Positions 56,303-64,000 of a stretch of DNA of 64,000 nt are shown here, one piece after another; the stretch's first letter is position 1, and every line of letters begins with the position of its first letter. The stretch is from an uncultured Actinomycetota bacterium. GTDB taxonomy: Bacteria; Actinomycetota; Actinomycetes; JAHEKZ01. The stretch lies in contig CAVQYR010000001.1 in the NCBI GenBank assembly GCA_963718235.1, positions 1,760,001 to 1,824,000 of the forward strand. The letters are read 5' to 3'. Below the pieces are notes generated by a model, which was given only the letters and a program-made list of their open reading frames with translations, was not told the DNA's origin and ran no database searches. The position numbers and the translations under genes are program-made.

Positions 56303-57487
56303 CTACGCCGTTCGACGGTCCGGCGCGTCGTGGGTGGCGGAGGATCGCTGGAGGCGGGTGGCGACGACCGGGAAGATCGCGACCGACAACGCTCCCGCAC
56401 CGACCAGGGCCGCCGCGTTCTCCGGCAGCATCGTGCCGTTCTGCAGCCCGATGTGGGCCAGCGCGACCAGCAGCGGCAGCGCCGTGGCGGTCAGGAACAT
56501 CAGCTGTACGCGCTCACGCATGGCGAGGTCGTTGCGGTAGATCAGCAGGCTGGGGAGCCCGCGCACGGCGAGCAGCAGCACGAAGAACACCACCAGCCGC
56601 ATCGGGTTCTCCGCGATCGAGGTGATGTCCAGGCCCATGCCCGAGGCGACGAAGAACACCGGGATGAAGAACCCGTACCCGACGGCGTCCAGCTTGCGCA
56701 GCAGCTGCTCGTGCTGCTGCTCGGGCATCGCCGTCGACCCGCGCAGCGCCATACCGGCCAGGAACGCGCCCAGGACGGCGTCCAGACCGAACGTCTCGGT
56801 GACGAGCAGAAGCCCGACCAGAAGGGTGATCGTCCAGCGCAGCGCCGACTGCGAGGTGGCATCGCTCGACTCCGCGACGGCGGTTCCCACCTTCGATCGG
56901 CCCACGAGGCGAGGCACCCGGGCCAGCAGGTAGGCCAGCCCGGTGATGGCCGCGATGGCCAGGGCGGACTCCCACGAGCCGTTCACACCGAGGAACAGCG
57001 AGATCGCCAGCACCGGACCGAGCTCGCCCACCGCGCCCGCAGCGAAGATGTAGTCACCGAACCGGCCACCCAGCATGTGGTTGTCCCGCAGGATCGGCAG
57101 CAGGGTGCCCAATGCCGTGGTGGTCAGTGCCAGGGCCACCGGGACGAAGGCGTGCACGAATCCGGTCAGCTCCAAGACCCCCACCACCAGGAGGCTGAGC
57201 GCCAGCGAGGTGCCCCAGCCGGCCAGGGCCAGGCGCCCCGCGCGTTGCCGCAGCAGCAGCGGCGGGAGCTCGTAGCCGGCCAGAAGGAAGAGCATGCCCA
57301 GGCCGACGGTGGACAGCAGCTCGATCTGGCCCGGCTCGGCGATCGCCAGAGCCTCCGGGCCGATGATCACCCCTCCCAGGATGAAGACCACCACCTGCGG
57401 GGTCCGGCCGGGGACGATGGCCACGACGATCGGCGCGAGCGCGGCGATCAGGGTGACGGCGAACAGCGCCTCGAGCTGGTCGCTCAC
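56303..57487 (-). CDS. Cation:proton antiporter (CPA family)
   Basis: ILGGVIIGP, LFLLAGYE, TTTALG, LGAFLAG and GFFIPVFFVASG; about 12 TM helices. Confidence 0.9.
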   Translation of the reverse strand: MSDQLEALFAVTLIAALAPIVVAIVPGRTPQVVVFILGGVIIGPEALAIAEPGQIELLSTVGLGMLFLLAGYELPPLLLRQRAGRLALAGWGTSLALSLLVVGVLELTGFVHAFVPVALALTTTALGTLLPILRDNHMLGGRFGDYIFAAGAVGELGPVLAISLFLGVNGSWESALAIAAITGLAYLLARVPRLVGRSKVGTAVAESSDATSQSALRWTITLLVGLLLVTETFGLDAVLGAFLAGMALRGSTAMPEQQHEQLLRKLDAVGYGFFIPVFFVASGMGLDITSIAENPMRLVVFFVLLLAVRGLPSLLIYRNDLAMRERVQLMFLTATALPLLVALAHIGLQNGTMLPENAAALVGAGALSVAIFPVVATRLQRSSATHDAPDRRTA

Positions 57488-57846
57488 GACGACTCCTGCA
57501 CCGCGTCGTCCTGCACCAGGCAGAACTCGTTGCCCTCGGGGTCCGCGAGCACCACCCAGCGCCCGGCCTCGTCGTACGTGGCGCCGGCCGTGGCGCCAAG
57601 CCCGACGGCCCGGGCGACAGCGGCGTCCAGCTGCGCGGTGTGCAGGTCCGGATGGCAGCGGTTCTTGGCCGCCTTCGGCTCGGGCACCGGCAGGAAGAGC
57701 AGGACGGGCTCCTCGTGCCGGGGCTCGACGACCCAGACCCCGGGGATCGTGCGACCCGGTCGCGCCGTCCGGCCGAGCAGTGCGCCCCAGAACGAGGCCA
57801 GCTCACGGGGGCTCCCGGCGTCGAAGGTCAGGGCTCCGAGGATCAC
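57484..57846 (-). CDS. VOC/glyoxalase-like family protein
   Basis: TFDA..PRELASFW, VPEPKAAKNRCHPDL and WVVLADPEGNEFC; GTGA coupling to the upstream gene. Confidence 0.88.
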   Translation of the reverse strand: MILGALTFDAGSPRELASFWGALLGRTARPGRTIPGVWVVEPRHEEPVLLFLPVPEPKAAKNRCHPDLHTAQLDAAVARAVGLGATAGATYDEAGRWVVLADPEGNEFCLVQDDAVQESS

Positions 57847-58388
57847 GGGAGGAGCCCCAGGTGGGCGAGGGCCAGGCGCAGGAGCCGGTCCTGCCCTCCG
57901 GTCATCTCCGCGCCGACGCTGGGCCCGGCCGCCTCGTGCGGGGTCGCCCAGACCAGGTCGAGGGCGTTGACCGACGGGGAGCACTCGCCGTCGACCGGGA
58001 CGACGTACGCCAGGCTGACCGCGTGCTGCCGGGGGTCGTGGAAACCGGTCACCAGAGGGTCGGGGAAGTACTCCGCGACGGTGAACGGCTGCAGTGACGG
58101 CGGGATTCGCGGGAGTGCGAGCGGGCCGAGGTCTTTCTCGATGTGTCGGAGAAGGGCATCGCGGACCAGCTCGCCGTACAGGACCCGGCCGGAGACCAGG
58201 GCTCGGCTGATGCTTCCGTCCGGCATGACCCGCAACAGGAGCCCGAGGTGACTCACCTCACCGCGGGAGTCGATCCGGACGGGCACGGCGTCGACGTAGA
58301 CGATGGGCAGCCGCTCGCGCGACTGCTCCAGCTCATGGTCGCTCAGCCATCCGGTGCGGGTGTCTGTGGTGTCGGCGGTGTCGGTCAT
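57843..58388 (-). CDS. DUF4916 / NUDIX-like protein
   Basis: LPIVYVDAVPVR, LVSGRVLYGE, RHIEKDLGP, QPFTVAEYFP and HDPRQHAVSLAY. Confidence 0.82.
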   Translation of the reverse strand: MTDTADTTDTRTGWLSDHELEQSRERLPIVYVDAVPVRIDSRGEVSHLGLLLRVMPDGSISRALVSGRVLYGELVRDALLRHIEKDLGPLALPRIPPSLQPFTVAEYFPDPLVTGFHDPRQHAVSLAYVVPVDGECSPSVNALDLVWATPHEAAGPSVGAEMTGGQDRLLRLALAHLGLLP

Positions 58389-58397
58389 GGGTGCTCC

Positions 58398-60131
58398 TCA
58401 GACGGTGGTGACCGGGGCGAACCGGGCGGCCACGGAGGTGACCGTACCCGGGGCGGCCAGGTCGAGCTGGAGCTCGGCTCGGCCCCGCTCCCCCAACAGG
58501 CGCCAGACGACGATCGTGGACGTCGCCTTGCTCTCGTGACGCTGCGCCGGACCGAGTCCGACCGAGCCGAGTCGCGCCGCCACCGCGCGCAGCTGAGCCG
58601 TGACGACGCCCGGATCGACCGTGTCGGACACCGAGACCCCCTCGGGCCAGGTGGCCGGGAACGAGGGGCAGGCGTCGTTCAGGGCCGCGACGAGGCGCTC
58701 GGCCGCCTGGGTCAGCCGTGGTTCGGGCGTCGGGACAGGGGTCACCGTCAGCAGCTGCACGCGTGGCTGTGGCTGCGGTGAGAGCTGCAGCTCGACCTTG
58801 ACCCGGCCCCCCGGCCCGCTCATCCACCACGACCGGTGTGCCGGTGAGTCGGCCTGCGGGGGCTCTGGCTCGGGGGCCAGCGGACCCAGCTCGTCGACGA
58901 TGCGGCGGAGCGTGGCGCGTCGGAGGGTGAGGGGCTCGTCGGCGTCGACGTTGTCAGCGAACAGGCTCCGGGCGGTGTCGTCGTCCCAGTGGGCGATCAG
59001 CCCGGCGACGGCCCGTGCCGCGCTCTCGGTGCCAGCCAGACGAGTCGACGCCGAGACCGGGTGGTCCCGCAGCATCGAGTTGAGCATCGACGACGCCAGG
59101 CGGCGCATCGGAGCGTAGGTGCGGTTGCCCAGCGCCACGACCCCGAGCCCGGTGTCCGGGTGCCAGCGCATGTGGGACCCGAAGCCGGGGTAGCCCCCGC
59201 TGTGGCTGACGATCCGCCCCAGGTCGCTGGTGCGTTCCTCGACCAGTCCGAAGCCGTACCCACCGGCCACCACGCGCGGCGGCGCAGCTGCGTGGTCCTG
59301 CTCGACCAACGCATCGACGAACCGCTGGGTCTGGCTCATCTCGCGCCGGCTCGATGCCGCAAGGGGGTGCTCGTCGTGGACGCCTCGCTCGGCGTCGACG
59401 AACCCCTGGACCCAACGGGCCAGGTCTCGAACCGTGCTGAACAGTCCGCCCATCGGGGAGAACGCCCCGTACGCGGCCAACGGCTCGGCGGTCAGCTGAT
59501 GGTCGACCAGGGCGTAGCCCTGCACCATGCGGTCGTCGGTCGGGGGGTGGAAGGTCGTGGACGACAGCCCCAGCGGCTCGAGCAGGGTGCCCGTGACCAG
59601 CGCGTCGAAGGGCTGCCCGGACGCGGCGGAGAGGACCCGGCCCAGCAGGGCGTAGCCGAGGTTGGAGTACTCGAACTGGGTGCCGGGCGTCCAGACGGTC
59701 GTGAAGCCCTCGGCCGCGATGGCGTCAAAACGGTCCAGGGGCAACGGCTGCTGACGGTCGCCCCACGGGTCGTCGGTGGCGAAACCGGCCGTCATGGTCA
59801 GCAGGTGTCGCACGGTGAGCGTCACTCCCTCGGGCGACGCCGAGCCGAGGTGCGGCAGCCAGGTCGCCACCGGGTCGTCCAGGCGAAGCACCCCCTGGTC
59901 GCGAAGCGCCAGGGTGGTGGCCGCGGTGAAGGACTTGGTCATCGAGGCGATCCGGAAGACCGAGTCGGCGTCGGGCTGGTGGTTGCCGGAGACGTCCACC
60001 GACCCGACCGCCTTGACGTGCACCAACTGACCGTCGTGGACCAGACCCACCGCCACCCCGGGGGTCGGGTCGTCGGTGGAGAAACGGAGCAGCGCGTCGT
60101 CCAGCTGTGCGGTCCATCGCTCGAGGCTCAC
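58398..60131 (-). CDS. Serine hydrolase, beta-lactamase (AmpC-like) family with C-terminal extension
   Basis: FRIASMTKSF (SxxK), FEYSNLGY (YxN) and SHSGGYPGF. Confidence 0.88.
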   Translation of the reverse strand: MSLERWTAQLDDALLRFSTDDPTPGVAVGLVHDGQLVHVKAVGSVDVSGNHQPDADSVFRIASMTKSFTAATTLALRDQGVLRLDDPVATWLPHLGSASPEGVTLTVRHLLTMTAGFATDDPWGDRQQPLPLDRFDAIAAEGFTTVWTPGTQFEYSNLGYALLGRVLSAASGQPFDALVTGTLLEPLGLSSTTFHPPTDDRMVQGYALVDHQLTAEPLAAYGAFSPMGGLFSTVRDLARWVQGFVDAERGVHDEHPLAASSRREMSQTQRFVDALVEQDHAAAPPRVVAGGYGFGLVEERTSDLGRIVSHSGGYPGFGSHMRWHPDTGLGVVALGNRTYAPMRRLASSMLNSMLRDHPVSASTRLAGTESAARAVAGLIAHWDDDTARSLFADNVDADEPLTLRRATLRRIVDELGPLAPEPEPPQADSPAHRSWWMSGPGGRVKVELQLSPQPQPRVQLLTVTPVPTPEPRLTQAAERLVAALNDACPSFPATWPEGVSVSDTVDPGVVTAQLRAVAARLGSVGLGPAQRHESKATSTIVVWRLLGERGRAELQLDLAAPGTVTSVAARFAPVTTV

Positions 60132-60154
60132 CGCTGCATCCTGCCGCGGCGCAC

Positions 60155-60180
60155 TTCACTTGCCACGTCGAACCGCCGAT
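60155..60180 (+). promoter_or_regulatory. Candidate FliA/WhiG (sigma28)-type promoter
   Basis: TTCA-N16-GCCGAT, 9 nt before ATG 60190. Confidence 0.55.
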
Positions 60181-60189
60181 CATGGGGCG

Positions 60190-60996
60190 ATGAGCGGTGT
60201 CCGGCGGTTGGGTGCGATGGCGCTGGCTGCGCTCTGCCTGGCCGCCACCGGGCTGGCGACCGCCCCGGCGCCGGCAGCTGCGTACGCGATGGCGCCGGGT
60301 GACCCGTACGTCGACGACTCGGTGCCCCGGGCCGCCGGGTGCATCCGGCTGGGACCGCAGTGGGCGGGGGTCAAGGTCTACCTGGTCCAGCGCCGGCTCG
60401 GCACCACCAGCGACCGCGACCGGTACCTCAGCGCCACGCAGGCGGCAGTCGAGCGCTTCCAGAAGCGACGCGGACTCGAAGTCACCGGCCGGGTCGACCA
60501 GACGACCTGGCGGGCCTTGGGCACCGGGCGCCCTTTCTGCCTGGACCGGTTCACGGTGCAGCCGCGGGTACCGATCGACGCGACCGCCGCCGAGCGGGTT
60601 GACGCCATGGTCGCGTGGGCGAGCGACCAGGTCGGACGTCGCTACGTCTGGGGCGGTGCCGGACGCCTCGGATACGACTGCAGCGGGTTGGCCCTGCAGG
60701 CGCTGCACGCGGGCGGTCGGGTCCTGCCGACCGTCACGACCGACCTGCACCAGCGGATCGACTTCGGCACGGCCACCGCAATCGCGCGGTCGGGCCTGCC
60801 TCGGCTGCCCCTCGCCGAGCGCCGCCGCGGCGACCTCGTGTTCTGGGGCGAGCCGGGGTCGATCAGCCACATGGCGGTCTACCTGGGCCACGGCCGGGTC
60901 ATCGAGGCAGTGCGTCCACGCGTACGCCGGGCCGACCTGTGGAGCCACGACGTGCCCCTCAAGGGCTACGTCGTCCGCCCATTCGGTGCCGCCTGA
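60190..60996 (+). CDS. Secreted NlpC/P60 peptidoglycan endopeptidase with a PG-binding domain
   Basis: Signal peptide; TQAAVERFQKRRGLEVTGRVDQTTW; YVWGG..GYDCSGL; GDLVFW and SHMAVYLG. Confidence 0.9.
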   Translation: MSGVRRLGAMALAALCLAATGLATAPAPAAAYAMAPGDPYVDDSVPRAAGCIRLGPQWAGVKVYLVQRRLGTTSDRDRYLSATQAAVERFQKRRGLEVTGRVDQTTWRALGTGRPFCLDRFTVQPRVPIDATAAERVDAMVAWASDQVGRRYVWGGAGRLGYDCSGLALQALHAGGRVLPTVTTDLHQRIDFGTATAIARSGLPRLPLAERRRGDLVFWGEPGSISHMAVYLGHGRVIEAVRPRVRRADLWSHDVPLKGYVVRPFGAA

Positions 60997-61009
60997 GTGC
61001 GCAGCCCGG

Positions 61010-61384
61010 CTAGAACTCCGAGGTCGCCTCGGCCTCGAGCAGGGCAGCGGCGAGGTGCACCCGCAGCGGCTCGAACCGCATCACCCCAGGGGGGTTGACC
61101 AGCAGCTCGGCCAGATTGGCCATCAGCTCGGCGAAGGCTGGGGCCGAGCGATGCTCGCTGACGCCGGACTCACCGTGGAACCACTCGTGCAGCCACACCA
61201 CGTCGGGCTCGTCGGGGTCCAGGGAGATCACGAAGATCTCGGTGGCCGGCTCTTCGCCCAGGTGGTCGGCGTAGCGGTGCAGGGCGTCGAGGACGGCGGC
61301 CCGGCGCCCGGCCTGGGCCTGCAGCCGCACCACCATGCCCAGGCGCTGGGGCAGCAACCGGTTCAGGGGCTCGTGCTCGGTCAT
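61010..61384 (-). CDS. Antibiotic biosynthesis monooxygenase (ABM) family protein
   Basis: VRLQAQAGRR, EEPAT..F.IS.D..EPD.VWLHEW and HRSAPAF. Confidence 0.8.
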   Translation of the reverse strand: MTEHEPLNRLLPQRLGMVVRLQAQAGRRAAVLDALHRYADHLGEEPATEIFVISLDPDEPDVVWLHEWFHGESGVSEHRSAPAFAELMANLAELLVNPPGVMRFEPLRVHLAAALLEAEATSEF

Positions 61385-61451
61385 CCGGCTGGTCGTCTCC
61401 CTCGCCTGGCCCGGTGTCAGCCCCTAGACCACCAGATTCGCGACCCGTGCG

Positions 61452-62261
61452 CTACCTCGGGCGGGTGGCGTAGGTGGCGACCGCAGTGGCGGCCGCCACG
61501 TTCAGCGAGTCGATGCCGTGCGCCATGGCGATCCTGACCCGGCGGTCGGACATCCGCAGTGCCTCGTCGCTGAGCCCAGAGCCCTCGGTACCGACGAGCA
61601 GGGCGAGCCGGTCGGGAACGGTGGCGACCGCGTGGTCCAGGTCCTCGGCGTCGGCACCGGGGGTGAGCGCCCACAGCTCGAAGCCCTCGTCCCCGACGTG
61701 CTGCAGGGCCCCAGGCCACGTGGTGGCCCGGGCCCAGGGCACGCTGAACACCGCCCCCATCGAGACCTTGATCGAGCGCCGGTAGAGCGGGTCGGCGCAA
61801 CGTGGATCGACCAGGACCGCGTCGACTCCCAGGGCGGCGGCCGAACGGAAGGCCGCGCCGACGTTGGTGTGCTCGACGATCCCCTCGAGCACCAGGAGGC
61901 GGGTAGCGCTCGGCAGCAGCTCGGCCACAGCGGGGGTCGGGCGGCGGTTCATCGAGGCCAGGGCGCCGCGGTGGACGACGTACCCGGTGATGCCCTCGAG
62001 GACCTCGTCTGTCGCGACGTACACGGGCACGTCGAGCCCGGCGAGCGGGTCGGACAGCGACTCGTACCACCGGGCCGACATGAGCATTGACCGGGGCGTG
62101 AAGCCGGCCGTGATCGCCCGACGGATCACCTTCTCGCCCTCCGCGACGAACAGTCCGTGCTCGCTCTCGACCCTTCGGCGCAGCGCGACGTCGGTGAGGT
62201 TCGCGTAGTCGGTGACCCGCGGGTCGTCCAGCGTGGTCACGAGCTCAGGGGGCGCCATCAT
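61452..62261 (-). CDS. TrmH/SpoU family RNA methyltransferase
   Basis: FVAEGEKV, HTNVGAAFRSAAALG, ADPLYRRSIKVSMG, VGTEGSGL and IDSLNVAAA. Confidence 0.92.
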   Translation of the reverse strand: MMAPPELVTTLDDPRVTDYANLTDVALRRRVESEHGLFVAEGEKVIRRAITAGFTPRSMLMSARWYESLSDPLAGLDVPVYVATDEVLEGITGYVVHRGALASMNRRPTPAVAELLPSATRLLVLEGIVEHTNVGAAFRSAAALGVDAVLVDPRCADPLYRRSIKVSMGAVFSVPWARATTWPGALQHVGDEGFELWALTPGADAEDLDHAVATVPDRLALLVGTEGSGLSDEALRMSDRRVRIAMAHGIDSLNVAAATAVATYATRPR

Positions 62262-63013
62262 CAGCCCACCAGCAAGAAGGCAATGGCGACCACACCGACC
62301 ACGACGATCACCGCGCGCAGCAGGCCCGGGGGGAGCCGCCGGCCGACCCGGGCGCCAGCCCACCCACCCACCGTGGAACCGACGACGAGCAGCAGCACGA
62401 TCCTCCAGTCCACCGGCGCCACTGCCACGAACACCACAGCCGCGATGGCGTTGACGACGGTGGCGAGCACGTTCTTGCAGGCGTTGACCCGGTGCAGGTC
62501 GTGGTCGAGCCAAGTGCCCAGGATTCCGATCAGCAGCACGCCTTGGGCCGCTCCGAAGTACCCGCCGTACGTCCCCGCACCGAAGACTGCGCCGAGCAGA
62601 GGCCGGCTCGGCGGTTGTTCCCTCGCGCGCTCCCGCTCGAGCCGGCGGGTGAGCCAGGGCTGGAGGACGACGAGCAGCACGGCGAGCCCGATCAGGACGG
62701 GCACGATCGCATCGAAGGCCGCCGACGGCAGGGCCAGGAGGAGCAGCGCACCGAACAGCCCCCCGAGCGCCGAGGCCGGGACGAGACGCCGCAGGCGGGC
62801 TCCCTGGCCGGTCAGCTCCTCGCGGTAGCCGAGACTGCTGGCGACCGAGCCCGGGACCAGACCCACGGTGTTGGACACGTTGGCGGTCAGGGGCGCGAAG
62901 CCCAGCAGAACCAGGGTGGAGAAGGTGAACAGCGTCCCGGCGCCCACCACCGCGTTGATCGCGCCGGCGGCGACTCCTGCGACCAGGATCAGGACGGCGT
63001 CGAGCGCACTCAC
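62261..63013 (-). CDS. TauE/SafE sulfite exporter family membrane protein
   Basis: AGAINAVVGAGTLFTF, ANVSNTVGL, YGGYFGAAQG and NACKN. Confidence 0.9.
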   Translation of the reverse strand: MSALDAVLILVAGVAAGAINAVVGAGTLFTFSTLVLLGFAPLTANVSNTVGLVPGSVASSLGYREELTGQGARLRRLVPASALGGLFGALLLLALPSAAFDAIVPVLIGLAVLLVVLQPWLTRRLERERAREQPPSRPLLGAVFGAGTYGGYFGAAQGVLLIGILGTWLDHDLHRVNACKNVLATVVNAIAAVVFVAVAPVDWRIVLLLVVGSTVGGWAGARVGRRLPPGLLRAVIVVVGVVAIAFLLVG

Positions 63014-63029
63014 CTGCGAGTCGTCCCTC

Positions 63030-63084
63030 GCTCGTCGGGTGCTCGTCGGACGCTCATCGGCGGGTCATCGGTGGGTCATCGGTC
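63030..63084. repeat. Five tandem 11-bp imperfect repeats in a divergent promoter region
   Basis: GCTCGTCGGGT GCTCGTCGGAC GCTCATCGGCG GGTCATCGGTG GGTCATCGGTC. Confidence 0.75.
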
Positions 63085-63127
63085 AGTGAGCCTCATGGTC
63101 GACCGATCGTAGGCGCCCCCACGGGCG

Positions 63128-63154
63128 ATCAAGCACCGACCCGACCGCGCCGAT
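63128..63154 (+). promoter_or_regulatory. Candidate FliA/WhiG (sigma28)-type promoter
   Basis: aTCAAG-N15-GCCGAT, 9 nt before GTG 63164. Confidence 0.55.
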
Positions 63155-63163
63155 GCCCCCACC

Positions 63164-64000
63164 GTGAGGCCACCCTTCTGCCGGCGCCTGCGTGCGCTGG
63201 CCCGATCCACGACACCGCTGCTGGCGTTGGCTGCCCTGCTCGCGGTCGGGATCAGCGTCCCCGCCCACGCCGACCCCTCGGACGAGGTCGCGGCGCAGGC
63301 GTCGCAGGCGCAGGTGCGCGCGGACCGGCTGCAGCGCCGCCTCGACGTCGCCGTCGAGCGCTACGCGGCTGCCCTGCGTGGGCTTGCGTCGGCGGTGAAC
63401 TCCAGTGTGGGTGACGACCAGGTGGCCCAGGTGACCACCAGCCTCGCCGAAGCCGTCTCGGTCGACCAGGAGCAGCGGGTCCGGGCGATCTACATGTCCG
63501 GCGGCTCGCTCGGCCTCGTGGGCAGCGTCCTCGCCGCCCAGACCCCCCGAGACCTCGCCAGCCGGGTGGCCAACGTGTCCGCCGTGGTCGACTTCGGCTC
63601 GCTCGTCGTCGGGGACACCTCAGCCGTGGCGGCGGCTGCCCGGGAGCAGGCGCTGGTGAGCCGGACCGCGGCTCGGCAGAGGATCGGCACCGTGCAGGAC
63701 GTCGAGGCGGCCTACGCCCGCCTGAACGCTCTGCTGGCCGCCGAGCAGGCCCGAGCCGAACGGCTGTCCGACGAGGCGGAGCGGCTCGCAGCGCGGGAGC
63801 GTCTGGCCGCGGCCCGGGCGGCTGCTGCCGCAGCCGCGGCGTCTGCGCCGAGCAACGTGACAGCCGGAGGGATCCCGGTCAACTTCCTGAGGCTGTACCG
63901 GGCGGCGGCCGACACCTGCTCAGGGCTGCCGTGGGTGGTCCTGGCTGCGGTCGGCCAGGTCGAGAGCGGGCACGGGCGCAACAACGGACCGTCGTCCTCC
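63164..64000 (+). CDS. Secreted coiled-coil lytic transglycosylase (3' end runs off the window)
   Basis: Manual translation gives a signal peptide ending VPAHA, an Ala/Glu/Arg coiled coil, then GIPVNFLRLYRAAADTCSGLPWVVLAAVGQVESGHGRN (catalytic ES motif). Confidence 0.85.
   Translation, partial: MRPPFCRRLRALARSTTPLLALAALLAVGISVPAHADPSDEVAAQASQAQVRADRLQRRLDVAVERYAAALRGLASAVNSSVGDDQVAQVTTSLAEAVSVDQEQRVRAIYMSGGSLGLVGSVLAAQTPRDLASRVANVSAVVDFGSLVVGDTSAVAAAAREQALVSRTAARQRIGTVQDVEAAYARLNALLAAEQARAERLSDEAERLAARERLAAARAAAAAAAASAPSNVTAGGIPVNFLRLYRAAADTCSGLPWVVLAAVGQVESGHGRNNGPSSS

Noticed and set aside
58360-58388. 9-bp repeats encoding TDTADTTDT, and the poly-Pro codons near 56190-56220
   Set aside because: Ordinary low-complexity N-terminal extensions.
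52692-58400. Integrative element or prophage at tRNA-Leu
   Set aside because: No integrase, phage genes or duplicated tRNA 3' end were found in the window.
63030-63084. Tandem repeats as a mini CRISPR array
   Set aside because: The units are 11 bp, contiguous and have no spacers.

Overview
This 64 kb window comes from a high-GC actinomycete and is mostly conserved core chromosome. It starts with part of a lysine-catabolism cluster (amidohydrolase, kdd, divergent kamA). Next is the helY-tatC-tatA-pafC-pafB-FKBP-pafA-prcA-prcB-pup...dop-arc-trmI Pup-proteasome locus, then an ABC exporter, metH, PAC2, the mshC/SCO1664/DUF3090/MSMEG_4193/uppP block, tRNA-Leu(GAG) and an accessory tail ending in two cell-wall hydrolases. 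The most interesting element is a five-gene operon inserted on the opposite strand between dop and pup. It encodes a small membrane-anchored Ser/Thr-rich protein ending in ATSTGS, an ApbE flavin transferase (frameshifted by one base here), a four-His ferric-reductase/MsrQ-like membrane protein, a stand-alone NuoF-like flavoprotein and a ferredoxin. I read it as a candidate NAD(P)H-to-cell-surface electron conduit with a non-canonical flavinylation substrate. Regulatory signals readable in the sequence include a perfect LexA box over a leaderless DUF222/HNH gene and a textbook PafBC promoter before the RecB-like nuclease. There are also three FliA/WhiG-type promoters (two at cell-wall hydrolases), five 11-bp tandem repeats, pervasive leaderless gene starts and an unannotated 31-aa ORF divergent from a TetR. 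Two single-base frameshifts may be sequencing errors. All calls come from motif recognition; no database searches were run.
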